Assembly: GCF_013149785.1 (NCBI RefSeq)
Contig: NZ_JABEZU010000004.1
Coordinates: forward strand, 62,001-126,000
Source: Isoptericola halotolerans
GTDB lineage: Bacteria > Actinomycetota > Actinomycetes > Actinomycetales > Cellulomonadaceae
DNA length: 64,000 bases
Direction: 5' to 3'
Positions 40,045-49,302 of the stretch are shown in pieces. The translations under genes and the position numbers were made by a program. Positions within the stretch are counted from its first letter, which is position 1, and each line of letters opens with the position of its first letter. The notes under the pieces are model-generated. The model saw only the letters and a program-made list of their open reading frames with translations, made no database searches and was not told where the DNA came from.

Positions 40045-40815
40045 TCAGTCGTTCTCGCGCTGCCAGCGGCCCGCTGCCAGGCTGACGATGAGCGCGACGA
40101 AGACCACCAGGTAGACCTGCCCGACGATGGCCTCGCTGGTCGCGAGCAGGCGGCCCAGCGGGGTCACCGCGGCAAGGTCCCCGTAGCCGAGCGTCGTGAT
40201 CGTGGTCATGCTGAAGTACATGAACGACGTGGTCGGCTCGTCGGTGCCGAAGAAGGGCTCGGCGGAGTACGCGTCGACCGTGAGGAACGCGTAGTAGTAC
40301 GCCAGCGAGATGAGCAGGTAGGCCGAGACCGCGCCGAGCAGCGTCGCCAGCGTGACGACCCGGTGCTGCACCAGCCGGCGCGCCACCACCACGGGGGCGA
40401 AGGCCGCGATGAGCAGCAGCAGCGGCGGTGCCGACGTCACGGAGTCCGACGTCTCCAGGACCAGCACCACCACCAGCGAGAGGACGACCAGCACCCCCAG
40501 GAAGACGTAGGCCCGACGACGCCAGCGGGTCCGCAGCCCCGACGCCCGCAGGGCCAGCCCGAGCGTCGCGCCCACCGCCAGGGTGGTCGCCAGTCCGGCG
40601 GCCTGAGCCCCGAACCGGCCGTCGGACGCACGGATGTCCACGAGGGACAGCAGGGCCACCGTCAGCGCCACCAGGACGAGCAGCACCCCGAACCGGTCGA
40701 CCCAGCGCGAGCGCGGGTCCACGAACGGGTCGTCGTCGGGCACCGGCTGGCGCTTGCGCGAGAAGAAGCCTCGCGGCCCGCCCTCGGGTGGGGACGCCTC
40801 GGGGTCGGGACTCAC
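40045..40815 (-). CDS. Potassium channel family protein (Ion_trans_2)
   Basis: YFSMTTITTLGYGDL selectivity filter, multiple TMs. Confidence 0.88.
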   Translation of the reverse strand: MSPDPEASPPEGGPRGFFSRKRQPVPDDDPFVDPRSRWVDRFGVLLVLVALTVALLSLVDIRASDGRFGAQAAGLATTLAVGATLGLALRASGLRTRWRRRAYVFLGVLVVLSLVVVLVLETSDSVTSAPPLLLLIAAFAPVVVARRLVQHRVVTLATLLGAVSAYLLISLAYYYAFLTVDAYSAEPFFGTDEPTTSFMYFSMTTITTLGYGDLAAVTPLGRLLATSEAIVGQVYLVVFVALIVSLAAGRWQREND

Positions 40816-42134
40816 GGCCGGTCCTGCACGACGTCCTCCTCGGGCTGGTCGGTCCCCATCGTGGCCGACCCCGACCCGGAGCGCTCGTCGGGAGTCGCCG
40901 CGGTGGCCGCGAGCGCCTCACCGCCCGGCACCGTGACCGCCGCGATGGCGGTGGTGATCGGGATGGCCAGCACCAGGCCGATCGAGCCGACCAACGTGCG
41001 CACGACCTCCTCGGCGATCTCCCCCGAGGTGATGGTCATCAGCGGCGTCTGGTCCAGCATCCACACCGTGAGCAGCAGCGGCAGCGCCGCCCCGACGTAG
41101 GCGAACGCGATCGTGTAGACGGTCGAGGCGATGTGGTCCCGCCCGATCCGCATCGCCCGGGCGAACAGCACCCGCCGCGGTGCGGTCGGCGCGAGGGATC
41201 TCAGCTCCCACACCGCCGAGGCCTGGGTGATGGTCACGTCGTTGAGCACACCCATCCCGGCCAGCACCAGCCCGCACAGGGCGATGCCGCGCAGGTCCAC
41301 CGACGGGGCGATGATCGTGAGGTTCTGCGCCAGCTCGTCCGACGCCCCCGTGATGTGCGCGGCCCCGGTCGCCCACGCACCGATCGCCGCGGTGAGCCCC
41401 AGGCCCGCCAGGGTGCCGAGCAGCGCGACGGTGGTCCGGGCCGTCAGCCCGTGCGCGAGGTAGAGCACCGCCAGCATCACCGCCGACGACGTCACGAGAG
41501 CCACGGCCATCGCGCTCTCACCCGCGAGCAGGGCGGGGAACGTGAAGCCGACGAAGACGGCGAACGCCACCGCGAGCCCGGCGATGGCTGCCAGCCCGCG
41601 CCACCGCGCGACGAGCAGCACCACCAGCGCGTAGGCGGCTGCGAGGATCCCGAAGGGCACGTCGCGCTGATGGTCCATGAAGACGTACGGCGTCACCGTG
41701 TCGGCGAAGTCGCCGATGTACAGGGCGGTGACACGGTCGCCGGGCTCCAGCTCGAACCGGGGGTCGGCCTGCATGCCGGACGTCGCGCCGTCGGGCAGGC
41801 GGATCTCCACGTCTCCCGCCGTCGCGTCCTCCATCGTGGGCCACGAGTCGTCGCTGGTCTCCTCGAGCGGGCCGACGACGGTGACCACCACGAGCTCGCT
41901 GCCCTCGACGACGACGGGGATGCGCTCGGGGACGTCTGCGGTGGAGGGCCACAACGACCACAGCCCGAAGGCAGTGGCCACCAGGGCCGGCAGCACCAGC
42001 AGCGCCAGCACCAGGCGGGTGCGACGAGGCGCGGGCGGCACGGGGCCGCCGTGGGAGTGGCCGTGCGCGTGCACGTCGGGGAGGCTGCGCTGGGCGGCGT
42101 GGCGTGCGGAGCGGCGGGTCGAGACGTCGGTCAC
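40812..42134 (-). CDS. YibE/F-family membrane protein
   Basis: GVLNDVTITQASAVWE, RIGRDHIASTVYT..AYVGAALP, EEVVRTLVGSIGL; N-terminal HAHGHSH. Confidence 0.9.
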   Translation of the reverse strand: MTDVSTRRSARHAAQRSLPDVHAHGHSHGGPVPPAPRRTRLVLALLVLPALVATAFGLWSLWPSTADVPERIPVVVEGSELVVVTVVGPLEETSDDSWPTMEDATAGDVEIRLPDGATSGMQADPRFELEPGDRVTALYIGDFADTVTPYVFMDHQRDVPFGILAAAYALVVLLVARWRGLAAIAGLAVAFAVFVGFTFPALLAGESAMAVALVTSSAVMLAVLYLAHGLTARTTVALLGTLAGLGLTAAIGAWATGAAHITGASDELAQNLTIIAPSVDLRGIALCGLVLAGMGVLNDVTITQASAVWELRSLAPTAPRRVLFARAMRIGRDHIASTVYTIAFAYVGAALPLLLTVWMLDQTPLMTITSGEIAEEVVRTLVGSIGLVLAIPITTAIAAVTVPGGEALAATAATPDERSGSGSATMGTDQPEEDVVQDRP

Positions 42135-42156
42135 GGTCCGATGGTCGCACCCTCCT

Positions 42157-42229
42157 CGCGAAGTAGTACCTGCGGCGCTCCGGTAGTACCCGCGGGGTAC
42201 TTCCGGAGCGCCGCAGGTACTACTTCGCG
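42157..42229. repeat. 73-bp near-perfect intergenic palindrome
   Basis: 35-bp arms cgcgaagtagtacctgcggcgctccgg(t/a)agtaccc, one mismatch, 3-nt loop. Confidence 0.95.
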
Positions 42230-42266
42230 GGTGGGGCGCGGGAGGGGCGGCCCATACACTCCCCCG

Positions 42267-43277
42267 GTGACCGCATCTTCCTCCGCGCGTCCCAGCGGCA
42301 CCGCCGTCGGCGTCGGTGCCGCCGTCGTGGGCGGCCTGTGCGCCGCGGCACAGGCCCGCGTGAACGGGTCGCTGGCCGAGCAGGTCGGCAGCGGCTTCGG
42401 CGCGGCCGTCGTCTCCTTCGGGTCCGGCCTGGTGCTCCTGACGGTCGCGCTGGCCTGCTGGCCCAGCGCGCGCGCCGCCGTCGGGCGCGTGGTGGCCGGG
42501 TTGCGCGACCGCCGCCTGCGCTGGTGGGAGGTGCTCGGCGGCACCGCCGGCGGGTTCTACGTCGCTGCCCAGGGGCTCACCGCCGCGACGCTCGGCGTGG
42601 CCCTGTTCATGGTGGCGGTGGTGGCCGGGCAGTCGACCAGCTCGCTGCTGGTCGACCGCCTCGGGCTGGCGCCGGGCGGGGTCCGGCTGGTGACGCTCGG
42701 GCGCGCGCTGGGACCGGTCCTCACCGTGGTCGCCGTCGCCGTCGCCGTGTCCGGGTCCGTCGGGACGGTGCCGTCCGTGGGCCTGGCCGTGATCCCCTTC
42801 CTGGCGGGGGCGTTCCAGTCGTGGCAGCAGGCGGTGAACGGACGCGTGCGAGGCGTGGCCGGGACCCCGGGCGACCGGTTCGCCGGTGTGGCCGCCGCGA
42901 CGTTCGGCAACTTCCTGGTGGGGACGGTGGCACTGGCCGCGGCGTTCGGCGTCTCGGTCGCGGTGACCGGCCCGCCCACCGGCCCGCCCACCGGCCCGCT
43001 GCCCACCGACTGGCCGCTGGACCTCGTGCTGTACTCCGGAGGGCTGCTGGGCATCGTGTTCATCGCGATCCAGGCCGCCGTCGTGCACCGCATCGGGGTG
43101 CTGCTGCTGGCGCTCGGCATGATCGCCGGACAGATCGTCGGCGCGCTGCTGCTCGACGCCGCCGTCCCCGGTGTCGCCGCCCCCGGTCCGGCGATGTACG
43201 CGGGCGCGGGCCTGACCCTCCTGGCGGTGGCCGTCCCCGTCGTCGAGTCCCGGGTCCTGCGGCGTCGAGGGCGCTGA
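42267..43277 (+). CDS. DMT-family transporter (duplicated YdcZ/DUF606-like)
   Basis: AQARVNGSL / WQQAVNGRV internal duplication, AGQ..SLLVD; TACACT 6 nt before GTG. Confidence 0.85.
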   Translation: MTASSSARPSGTAVGVGAAVVGGLCAAAQARVNGSLAEQVGSGFGAAVVSFGSGLVLLTVALACWPSARAAVGRVVAGLRDRRLRWWEVLGGTAGGFYVAAQGLTAATLGVALFMVAVVAGQSTSSLLVDRLGLAPGGVRLVTLGRALGPVLTVVAVAVAVSGSVGTVPSVGLAVIPFLAGAFQSWQQAVNGRVRGVAGTPGDRFAGVAAATFGNFLVGTVALAAAFGVSVAVTGPPTGPPTGPLPTDWPLDLVLYSGGLLGIVFIAIQAAVVHRIGVLLLALGMIAGQIVGALLLDAAVPGVAAPGPAMYAGAGLTLLAVAVPVVESRVLRRRGR

Positions 43278-43354
43278 CCTGCCACCCCTGACACCGACGT
43301 GCGAGATCTCGCGGTCCTGGGTCACGGTGGGGACACCGACACGGAGGAGGACCC

Positions 43355-43804
43355 ATGGAAAGCGTCACCCAGTCCATCGACGTCGACGTCCCGGTGAGCA
43401 TCGCGTACAACCAGTGGACGCAGTTCGAGGACTTCCCGCACTTCATGGAGGGCGTGGAGGAGGTCCGTCAGATCACCGACACCAGCACGCGCTGGAAGAC
43501 GAAGGTCGGCGGCAAGGAGCTCGAGTTCGACGCCCGGATCACCGAGCAGCACCCGGACGAGCGCGTCGCCTGGACCAGCACCACCGGCCCGGACCACGCC
43601 GGGGTCGTGACGTTCCACCGGCTCGGCGACACGACGACGCGGGTCACCGTCCAGATGGACTGGGACCCGCAGGGCGCCGCCGAGAAGATCGGTGCGGCGT
43701 TCAACGTCGACGACCGCCGGGTCCAGGACGACCTGAAGAGGTTCAAGGCGTTCATCGAGTCGCGCGGCACCGAGACCGGGGCCTGGCGCGGCGACGTGAG
43801 CTGA
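43355..43804 (+). CDS. SRPBCC-family (polyketide cyclase-like) protein
   Basis: AYNQWTQFEDFPHFMEGVE, ITEQHPDERVAW, DLKRFKAFIE..ETGAWRG; GGAGG RBS. Confidence 0.9.
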   Translation: MESVTQSIDVDVPVSIAYNQWTQFEDFPHFMEGVEEVRQITDTSTRWKTKVGGKELEFDARITEQHPDERVAWTSTTGPDHAGVVTFHRLGDTTTRVTVQMDWDPQGAAEKIGAAFNVDDRRVQDDLKRFKAFIESRGTETGAWRGDVS

Positions 43805-44018
43805 CCCACGACAGCCCGACGGCCGGTCACCAGGGTGCGGTCGACCTGTCCGTCGAGATGCTGCAGAGCGGCACCGACGGCCGGGTCGACGAGCTCGCCA
43901 CGGACATCGGGGCGGGGCCGGCAGGCCGGGATCGGGCGCCTCCAGGATCTTCTCGACGGCCTGTGAGCGGCCGGCCCGACCGCACCGGGTGGCCTGCCCG
44001 CCGTGGCAGAATCCGACC

Positions 44019-45743
44019 ATGGTCAGGGCGCACGCCGGCGAGCAGTCCCTGGCCGCAGCGGGTCTCGACCGTCCCGGGCCCGACCCGTCGTTCGACCGCT
44101 TCGCCCGCCTGGTCAACCGTCACCTCGGCGTCTCCACCGCCCTGGTGACCTTCGTGCTCCGCGACACCCAGCTCTACCCCGGTGCCCTGGGTCTGCCCGA
44201 GCCGCTGCAGACGGAACGGCGCTCCACGCTGCCGCACGCGATGTGCGCCGAGGTCGTGCGCACCGGCGGCCCGCTCAGCTTCGCGGACCTGACGACGGTG
44301 CCGGGCAGGCCGGCCCGCGACCTGGTGGACGACCTCGGCATCCGCGCCTACGCCGGGTTCCCCGTGTTCGACCGCGACGGCAGCGCGGTCGGGACGGTCT
44401 GCGCGATGAACGACCTGCCGCGCGAGTGGACCGACTCGGACCTCGACACGCTCGCCGACCTCGCCGAGGCGTGCTCGGCGGAGATCAGGCTGCGGCAGGA
44501 GAGACGCCGGGCGCAGGAGCTCCAGGAGCTGGCGCTCCAGGCCGGGCACCGGACCCAGCTCCTGCTCGAGATGACCGACCGGTTCTCGCGCGCGACCACG
44601 ATCGTCGACCTCGTGGTGGCGTTGCGGGCCTTCTCCGCGCAGGCCGGTGCGGCCTGGTCCGGGCTCGGCCTGCTCGACGCGACCGGCTCGACGGTTCACC
44701 TCGTCAACGAGCTCGACGGCGTGCCGTTCCCCGAGCGTCTCCGGCTCGACGACCCGCTGCCGGGCCCGCAGGCGCTGCGGACCCGCACGCCCCTGTACTT
44801 CCCGGACGGGCGTGCTCTGCTGCAGGACTGGCCGGCGATGAGCCGCTGGGCCGCACCGAGCACCGGCGCCCTGGCCTTCCTGCCCCTCGTCGCGGACGAC
44901 GCGCTGCGCGGGCTGGTGGTGCTGGCCTGGCCGGAGGCGCGGGAGGTCGACGCCGACACCCGCGAGACGTGCGCCGCCCTGGCGTCGTGCGTGGCCACCG
45001 GGCTGGACCGGGTCTACGTGCTCGAGGACCGGCACCGCGTGGCGGCCACGCTCCAGGCCGCGATGCTCACCGAGCTGCCGACGACGGCGGACCTGGAGCT
45101 CGCCGCCACGTACGCCACCGCGACAGGGACCGACCGGGTCGGCGGCGACTGGTACGACGCCGTCGTGCGTGACGACTACACCGTGCTCATGATCGGCGAC
45201 GTGACCGGGCACGACATGCAGGCGGCGGCCCGGATGGGTCAGCTCCGCTCCATGCTGCGCACGCTGGCCTGGAGCCGGGACTCCTCGCCGGCCGCCCTGC
45301 TGCACCAGCTCGACCACGCCAACCACGGGCTGGCGCTGGAGGCCAGCGCCACGGTCCTGGTGGCCCGGCTCTGCCGGCGGTCCGACCCCCACGTGCTGAC
45401 GTGGGCGTCGGCCGGCCACCCACCACCGCTGGTGCTCCGCAGGGACGGGGCCGTGGACGAGCTCGAGGGCCGACCCGACCTGCTGCTGGGCATCGACCGC
45501 GCCACCCACCGGACGGACCACACGGCGCACCTCGACCGTGGTGACACGCTCGTGCTGCACACCGACGGCCTGGTCGAGTCGCGCGGCGCCACCTACGCCC
45601 GCCGGGCGGCACAGCTCCGAACCACGCTGGCCGACCTGTCCCACCTGCCCGCCGCACGGCTCCCGCGCGCCCTCGTGGAGCGGATGGTGCCCGGGTCGCA
45701 GCGCGACGACGTCGCGGTGCTCGCAGCGCGGGTGCGCCGATAG
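44019..45743 (+). CDS. GAF-GAF-SpoIIE (PP2C) phosphatase
   Basis: FDRFARLV, VGGDWYD, IGDVTGHD, SAGHPPP, HTDGLVE, DDVAVL. Confidence 0.92.
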   Translation: MVRAHAGEQSLAAAGLDRPGPDPSFDRFARLVNRHLGVSTALVTFVLRDTQLYPGALGLPEPLQTERRSTLPHAMCAEVVRTGGPLSFADLTTVPGRPARDLVDDLGIRAYAGFPVFDRDGSAVGTVCAMNDLPREWTDSDLDTLADLAEACSAEIRLRQERRRAQELQELALQAGHRTQLLLEMTDRFSRATTIVDLVVALRAFSAQAGAAWSGLGLLDATGSTVHLVNELDGVPFPERLRLDDPLPGPQALRTRTPLYFPDGRALLQDWPAMSRWAAPSTGALAFLPLVADDALRGLVVLAWPEAREVDADTRETCAALASCVATGLDRVYVLEDRHRVAATLQAAMLTELPTTADLELAATYATATGTDRVGGDWYDAVVRDDYTVLMIGDVTGHDMQAAARMGQLRSMLRTLAWSRDSSPAALLHQLDHANHGLALEASATVLVARLCRRSDPHVLTWASAGHPPPLVLRRDGAVDELEGRPDLLLGIDRATHRTDHTAHLDRGDTLVLHTDGLVESRGATYARRAAQLRTTLADLSHLPAARLPRALVERMVPGSQRDDVAVLAARVRR

Positions 45744-45764
45744 CCGCCGGCCGGCACGGCGGAC

Positions 45765-46565
45765 CTACGGGGCGGTGACGAAGATGTCGAACAGGTGCGG
45801 GTGGTGCCCGTGGACGAGCACCGCGAAGACGACGGCGTCGAAGAGCAGGTGCACCGCCAGCACGTAGGACAGCGACTTGTACCGGGCGAAGATCCACCCC
45901 TGCACCAACGCGAACGGGATGGTGAGCGCCGGCCCCCACTCGCGGTAGCCGAGCTCCCAGAGGAAGGACACGAACACCACCGCCTGCAGCACGTTGGCCG
46001 CCTGCATCGGGAAGTGCCGGCACAGCAGCGCGAAGATCGTGCAGATGAAGAACAGCTCGTCCCAGAGCCCGACGGCGTTGACGCCGACGAACAGCCGTGC
46101 GATGTCGTTGCTGCCCTCGAGCGGTGGCCAGTTGAGGTAGGCGCCCGAACCGAGGAAGTACGGCGGCAGGATCAGGTACCCGATCACGATGACCGCGCCG
46201 AGGTAGATCCACTGCCCTCGTGTCCACCGCCGTCCCGTGGCGACCGGGAAGCGCACCGCTCCCGCGCCGTCGTCGTCTCGCAGGACGAAGCGCGACAGCG
46301 CCCACGGCACCAGGACCGCCAGCGACAGCGCGACCGTGAACCGCATGATCCCGGCATCCGAGAGGTCCGCGGCGAGCGGGATCGCCGAGACGATCCCCAT
46401 GCCCGCCGCGATCAGCGCGAGGTGCTTGCCCAGGGCGCGGTCCGCCCACAGGCCGAGGACGACACCGACCACGAGCGGCACGTAGCCCAGCGGGCGGGCG
46501 TGGACGGCGAAGAGCAGGACAGCGGAACCGCAGACGAGCACGGCGGCGGCGTAGCGGGCGACCAT
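45765..46565 (-). CDS. CPBP (CAAX/Abi) intramembrane metalloprotease-family protein
   Basis: WDELFF variant of EE motif, SLSYVLAVHLLFD, multi-TM. Confidence 0.75.
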   Translation of the reverse strand: MVARYAAAVLVCGSAVLLFAVHARPLGYVPLVVGVVLGLWADRALGKHLALIAAGMGIVSAIPLAADLSDAGIMRFTVALSLAVLVPWALSRFVLRDDDGAGAVRFPVATGRRWTRGQWIYLGAVIVIGYLILPPYFLGSGAYLNWPPLEGSNDIARLFVGVNAVGLWDELFFICTIFALLCRHFPMQAANVLQAVVFVSFLWELGYREWGPALTIPFALVQGWIFARYKSLSYVLAVHLLFDAVVFAVLVHGHHPHLFDIFVTAP

Positions 46566-46571
46566 GAGGCG

Positions 46572-47570
46572 TCACCCTACCGACCGGCGAGCCCTCCACC
46601 ACGACAGGCCCACCGCGGCACCGGCCACCAGGAGGGCGACCGCCAGCAGCGACCAGGGGACCGCCCACCCGCCGGCGGCACCTGTCGCCAGGGCCGTACC
46701 ACCGCCACCGATGCCGACGACGACGCCGTCGACCCGGACGTCGGCCCCCGCCCGGAACAGCGGCCGCACCCCGGGCACCTCCACCGTGCGCTCGACGACC
46801 GCACCGGGCAGGACCTCCTCGAGCTCGGCCGTCGTGGACCGGGGGGCGCTGCTGCCCGGTCCGGTGACCGTGACGGCCTCTGTCGGCACGATCCGGGTGT
46901 CGCCCGTGTTCTCCAGGGTGTACGTCACGGTGGACGTCGCCGTCGCCAGCGGGTGCAGACCGGTCGGCGTGCTGACGGTGACGTCCTGCACGACCAGGCC
47001 CGGGCTGAGCTCGCCGGAGACGCGGGCATGGACCCGCAGCGCGAGCCGGCGGTCCACGGTGAGCGCGCCGTCGCCCGTCGCCTGTCGCAGCGAGGTCACC
47101 AGCCCGCCCGCATGGTCACCGGGTGTCGCGCCCTCGGGCACGACGAGGCGGAAGGGCACCCGCACCGTCTCCCCGGGATCCAGGGAGATCTCCCCTGCCG
47201 GCACGTCCAGCTCCAACCAGGTGCCGAGCCCCGTGGGCTCGGCGTCGGCGGGCAGGAGGTCGAGGTGCCCCTCGCGGGTGGTCGACGCGTCGGTGGCGTA
47301 GACGCTGAGGTCCAGCGACGTGGCCGACAGGTTGGTCACCAGGAGCCGGTCGGCGATCTCGGTGCCGGGATCGACCGTGTAGGCGTAGTTGGCGCGATCC
47401 GCACCGAGGGCGCCGACGGCGACCTGCGCGGGGTCGGGGCCCTTGCCGGGCGACAACGACCACGTCAGGTCGTCGGCGGTGTCGGCCGCCGCGGGCCCGG
47501 TCGGCACGGCGGCGCTCGCCCCGACGGCCACGAGGGCCGTCAGGGCGAGCGTCGTGAGCAGGCGTCGCAC
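46572..47570 (-). CDS. DUF916 / WxL-interacting-protein-like surface protein
   Basis: Signal peptide; RANYAYTVDPG..DRLLVTN..VYATDA..G..DL, LGTW, VPFRLVVPEGATPGDHAGGL, YTLENTGD; C-terminal TM plus basic tail. Confidence 0.8.
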   Translation of the reverse strand: MRRLLTTLALTALVAVGASAAVPTGPAAADTADDLTWSLSPGKGPDPAQVAVGALGADRANYAYTVDPGTEIADRLLVTNLSATSLDLSVYATDASTTREGHLDLLPADAEPTGLGTWLELDVPAGEISLDPGETVRVPFRLVVPEGATPGDHAGGLVTSLRQATGDGALTVDRRLALRVHARVSGELSPGLVVQDVTVSTPTGLHPLATATSTVTYTLENTGDTRIVPTEAVTVTGPGSSAPRSTTAELEEVLPGAVVERTVEVPGVRPLFRAGADVRVDGVVVGIGGGGTALATGAAGGWAVPWSLLAVALLVAGAAVGLSWWRARRSVG

Positions 47571-47576
47571 GGAGGG

Positions 47577-49256
47577 TCAGCCCACCGCGGTGAGCGTGAG
47601 CACACCGGTGTAGTCACCGGCCGGGGTGTCCAGCGGGATGCGCAGGGACAGCCCGGCGTCCACGACGGCGTCGTCGGACCCGGTCGCCCCGGTCCCGCTG
47701 GCCAGCGTGGACGTCTGGGTCAGGCCCAGGCCGGACCCCGCGACGACCGGCGACCCGGCGACGGCCGCGCCGGAAGTGACCTGGGGCGTCCAGCCGAGGG
47801 CCGCGCCGGAGAAGGAGCCCGAACCGCCGACGAACCTCCCCACGGCGCCGTTGATCGACCAGGTGCCGTCGGGGCGGGTGTCGGAGACGGTCACCTGGTG
47901 CAGGGCACCGGTGGCGGTGAAGGCGGTGTCGCCCGCCTGTGCGGTGCCGAGGTTCACGGCGCCGGCACCGTTGATGGTCCAGGAGAAGGAGCCGGGCTCG
48001 GGGTCGGGGTCGACGGGGTCGGTGGACCCGGGCACCTCGACGTCGACGCCGACCTCACCCTCGCCGTCGGCGGTGGGCTTGGCGAACCTCAGCGGGACGG
48101 CGGACTCCTGGGCGGCGTTGGGTGCGGCACCGCCCGCGGCGTAGGTGTACACACCGTAGGCGCCCGACACCGTGTCGTGCGTGGAGACCTCGAGGTCGAC
48201 GGAGAAGGTGCCGTCGTCGTTCATCAGCACGAGCTGGTCGGCGACGTTCGGGAAGCCGTTCCGCACCTGGGTGTAGGACGGCTCGGGCAGCGCCCACTTC
48301 TGGCTGATCACGGTGCGCGCGGCCGAGGCAGCGCCGTCGGAGGGCTTCCAGGTCTCGGCGAACTTGCCGACCACGACGTAGACGCCGGTCGGCTGACCCA
48401 CCGCTACCGGCTGGCGCGCCGAGATGTTCGCCGTGGGGTCGAAGCCGGAGCCCGTCACGGTGATCGTCGTGCTGGTCGCGGGGTCGAAGCCCTCGGTCTG
48501 CGACACCTGCACGGCGGGCGTCCAGGAGGCGGGGGCCTCGTCGAGCTCGGCGGTCAGCGTGAGGTTGTCCAACGGGTCGCCCGCAGCGTACAGCGGCAGC
48601 GCAGCGGCCCCGTCGGCGGTCGTGGTCAGGCCGGTCAACGAGACCCGGAGCGTGTCCCCGTCGAGGGTCGCGTCGACGGCGGAGGCCGTGGCGAACTCGA
48701 CGTCCTCGCCGCCGTAGGTCCCCGCCTCCCAGTCGCCGAAGTCACCGGTGACGTCGGCCGTGACGTCGGCGACGACGGTCGCGTCGCCACCCGAGACGAC
48801 GACGGACACGTTCTCGATCGTCACGTCGAAGTAGTGGCTCGGGAAGTGGAACGCGGCGCCGCCCGCCGACTCGACGACCAGGTCGTCGGCCGAGGTGTAG
48901 GAGCCGCCGGTGACCGGCAGCGTCCACGGCAACGTCTCGTTCGGGGTGGAGGTGTTCGACGTCGAGGCCGGCGTGGCGGACGTGTCGAACTGCCCGGGGG
49001 CGATGCGGGTGATCCGCTCGCCCATCGGCAGCGCCCCGATCGGCGGGAGCGCCGCCGTCTGGTTGCCGACGTAGCGGCGGAAGCTCTCCTTGTAGCCCCA
49101 GGAGACGTCACCGGTGCCGGTGACGACCTCGCGGGCCTCGGCGGCCTGCGCCGGTGCGACGGTCACCAGGGTGGCGCCCAGCCCGAGAGCGAGGACACCG
49201 AGCCCGGCGGCGAGACGACTGCGTGCCGGCGGACGGGGAGGGGTGGTCATGGTCAT
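47577..49256 (-). CDS. Secreted HtaA heme-binding domain + Ig-like domain + C-terminal WxL-like domain
   Basis: WGYKESFRRYV, FPSHYFD, LYAAGDPLD (HtaA Tyr/His/Tyr pattern); C-terminal VTVSDTR..WSI..ALGWTP..AGDYTGVLTLT; no TM or LPxTG anchor. Confidence 0.78.
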   Translation of the reverse strand: MTMTTPPRPPARSRLAAGLGVLALGLGATLVTVAPAQAAEAREVVTGTGDVSWGYKESFRRYVGNQTAALPPIGALPMGERITRIAPGQFDTSATPASTSNTSTPNETLPWTLPVTGGSYTSADDLVVESAGGAAFHFPSHYFDVTIENVSVVVSGGDATVVADVTADVTGDFGDWEAGTYGGEDVEFATASAVDATLDGDTLRVSLTGLTTTADGAAALPLYAAGDPLDNLTLTAELDEAPASWTPAVQVSQTEGFDPATSTTITVTGSGFDPTANISARQPVAVGQPTGVYVVVGKFAETWKPSDGAASAARTVISQKWALPEPSYTQVRNGFPNVADQLVLMNDDGTFSVDLEVSTHDTVSGAYGVYTYAAGGAAPNAAQESAVPLRFAKPTADGEGEVGVDVEVPGSTDPVDPDPEPGSFSWTINGAGAVNLGTAQAGDTAFTATGALHQVTVSDTRPDGTWSINGAVGRFVGGSGSFSGAALGWTPQVTSGAAVAGSPVVAGSGLGLTQTSTLASGTGATGSDDAVVDAGLSLRIPLDTPAGDYTGVLTLTAVG

Positions 49257-49302
49257 GCCTTCCGTTGGGGATCAGGCGGGGTGGGGGTCTGAGGGTGCGC
49301 GG

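Noticed and set aside
45765..46565. Abortive-infection role for the CAAX/Abi-family gene
   Set aside because: The family name is historical and there is no defence context
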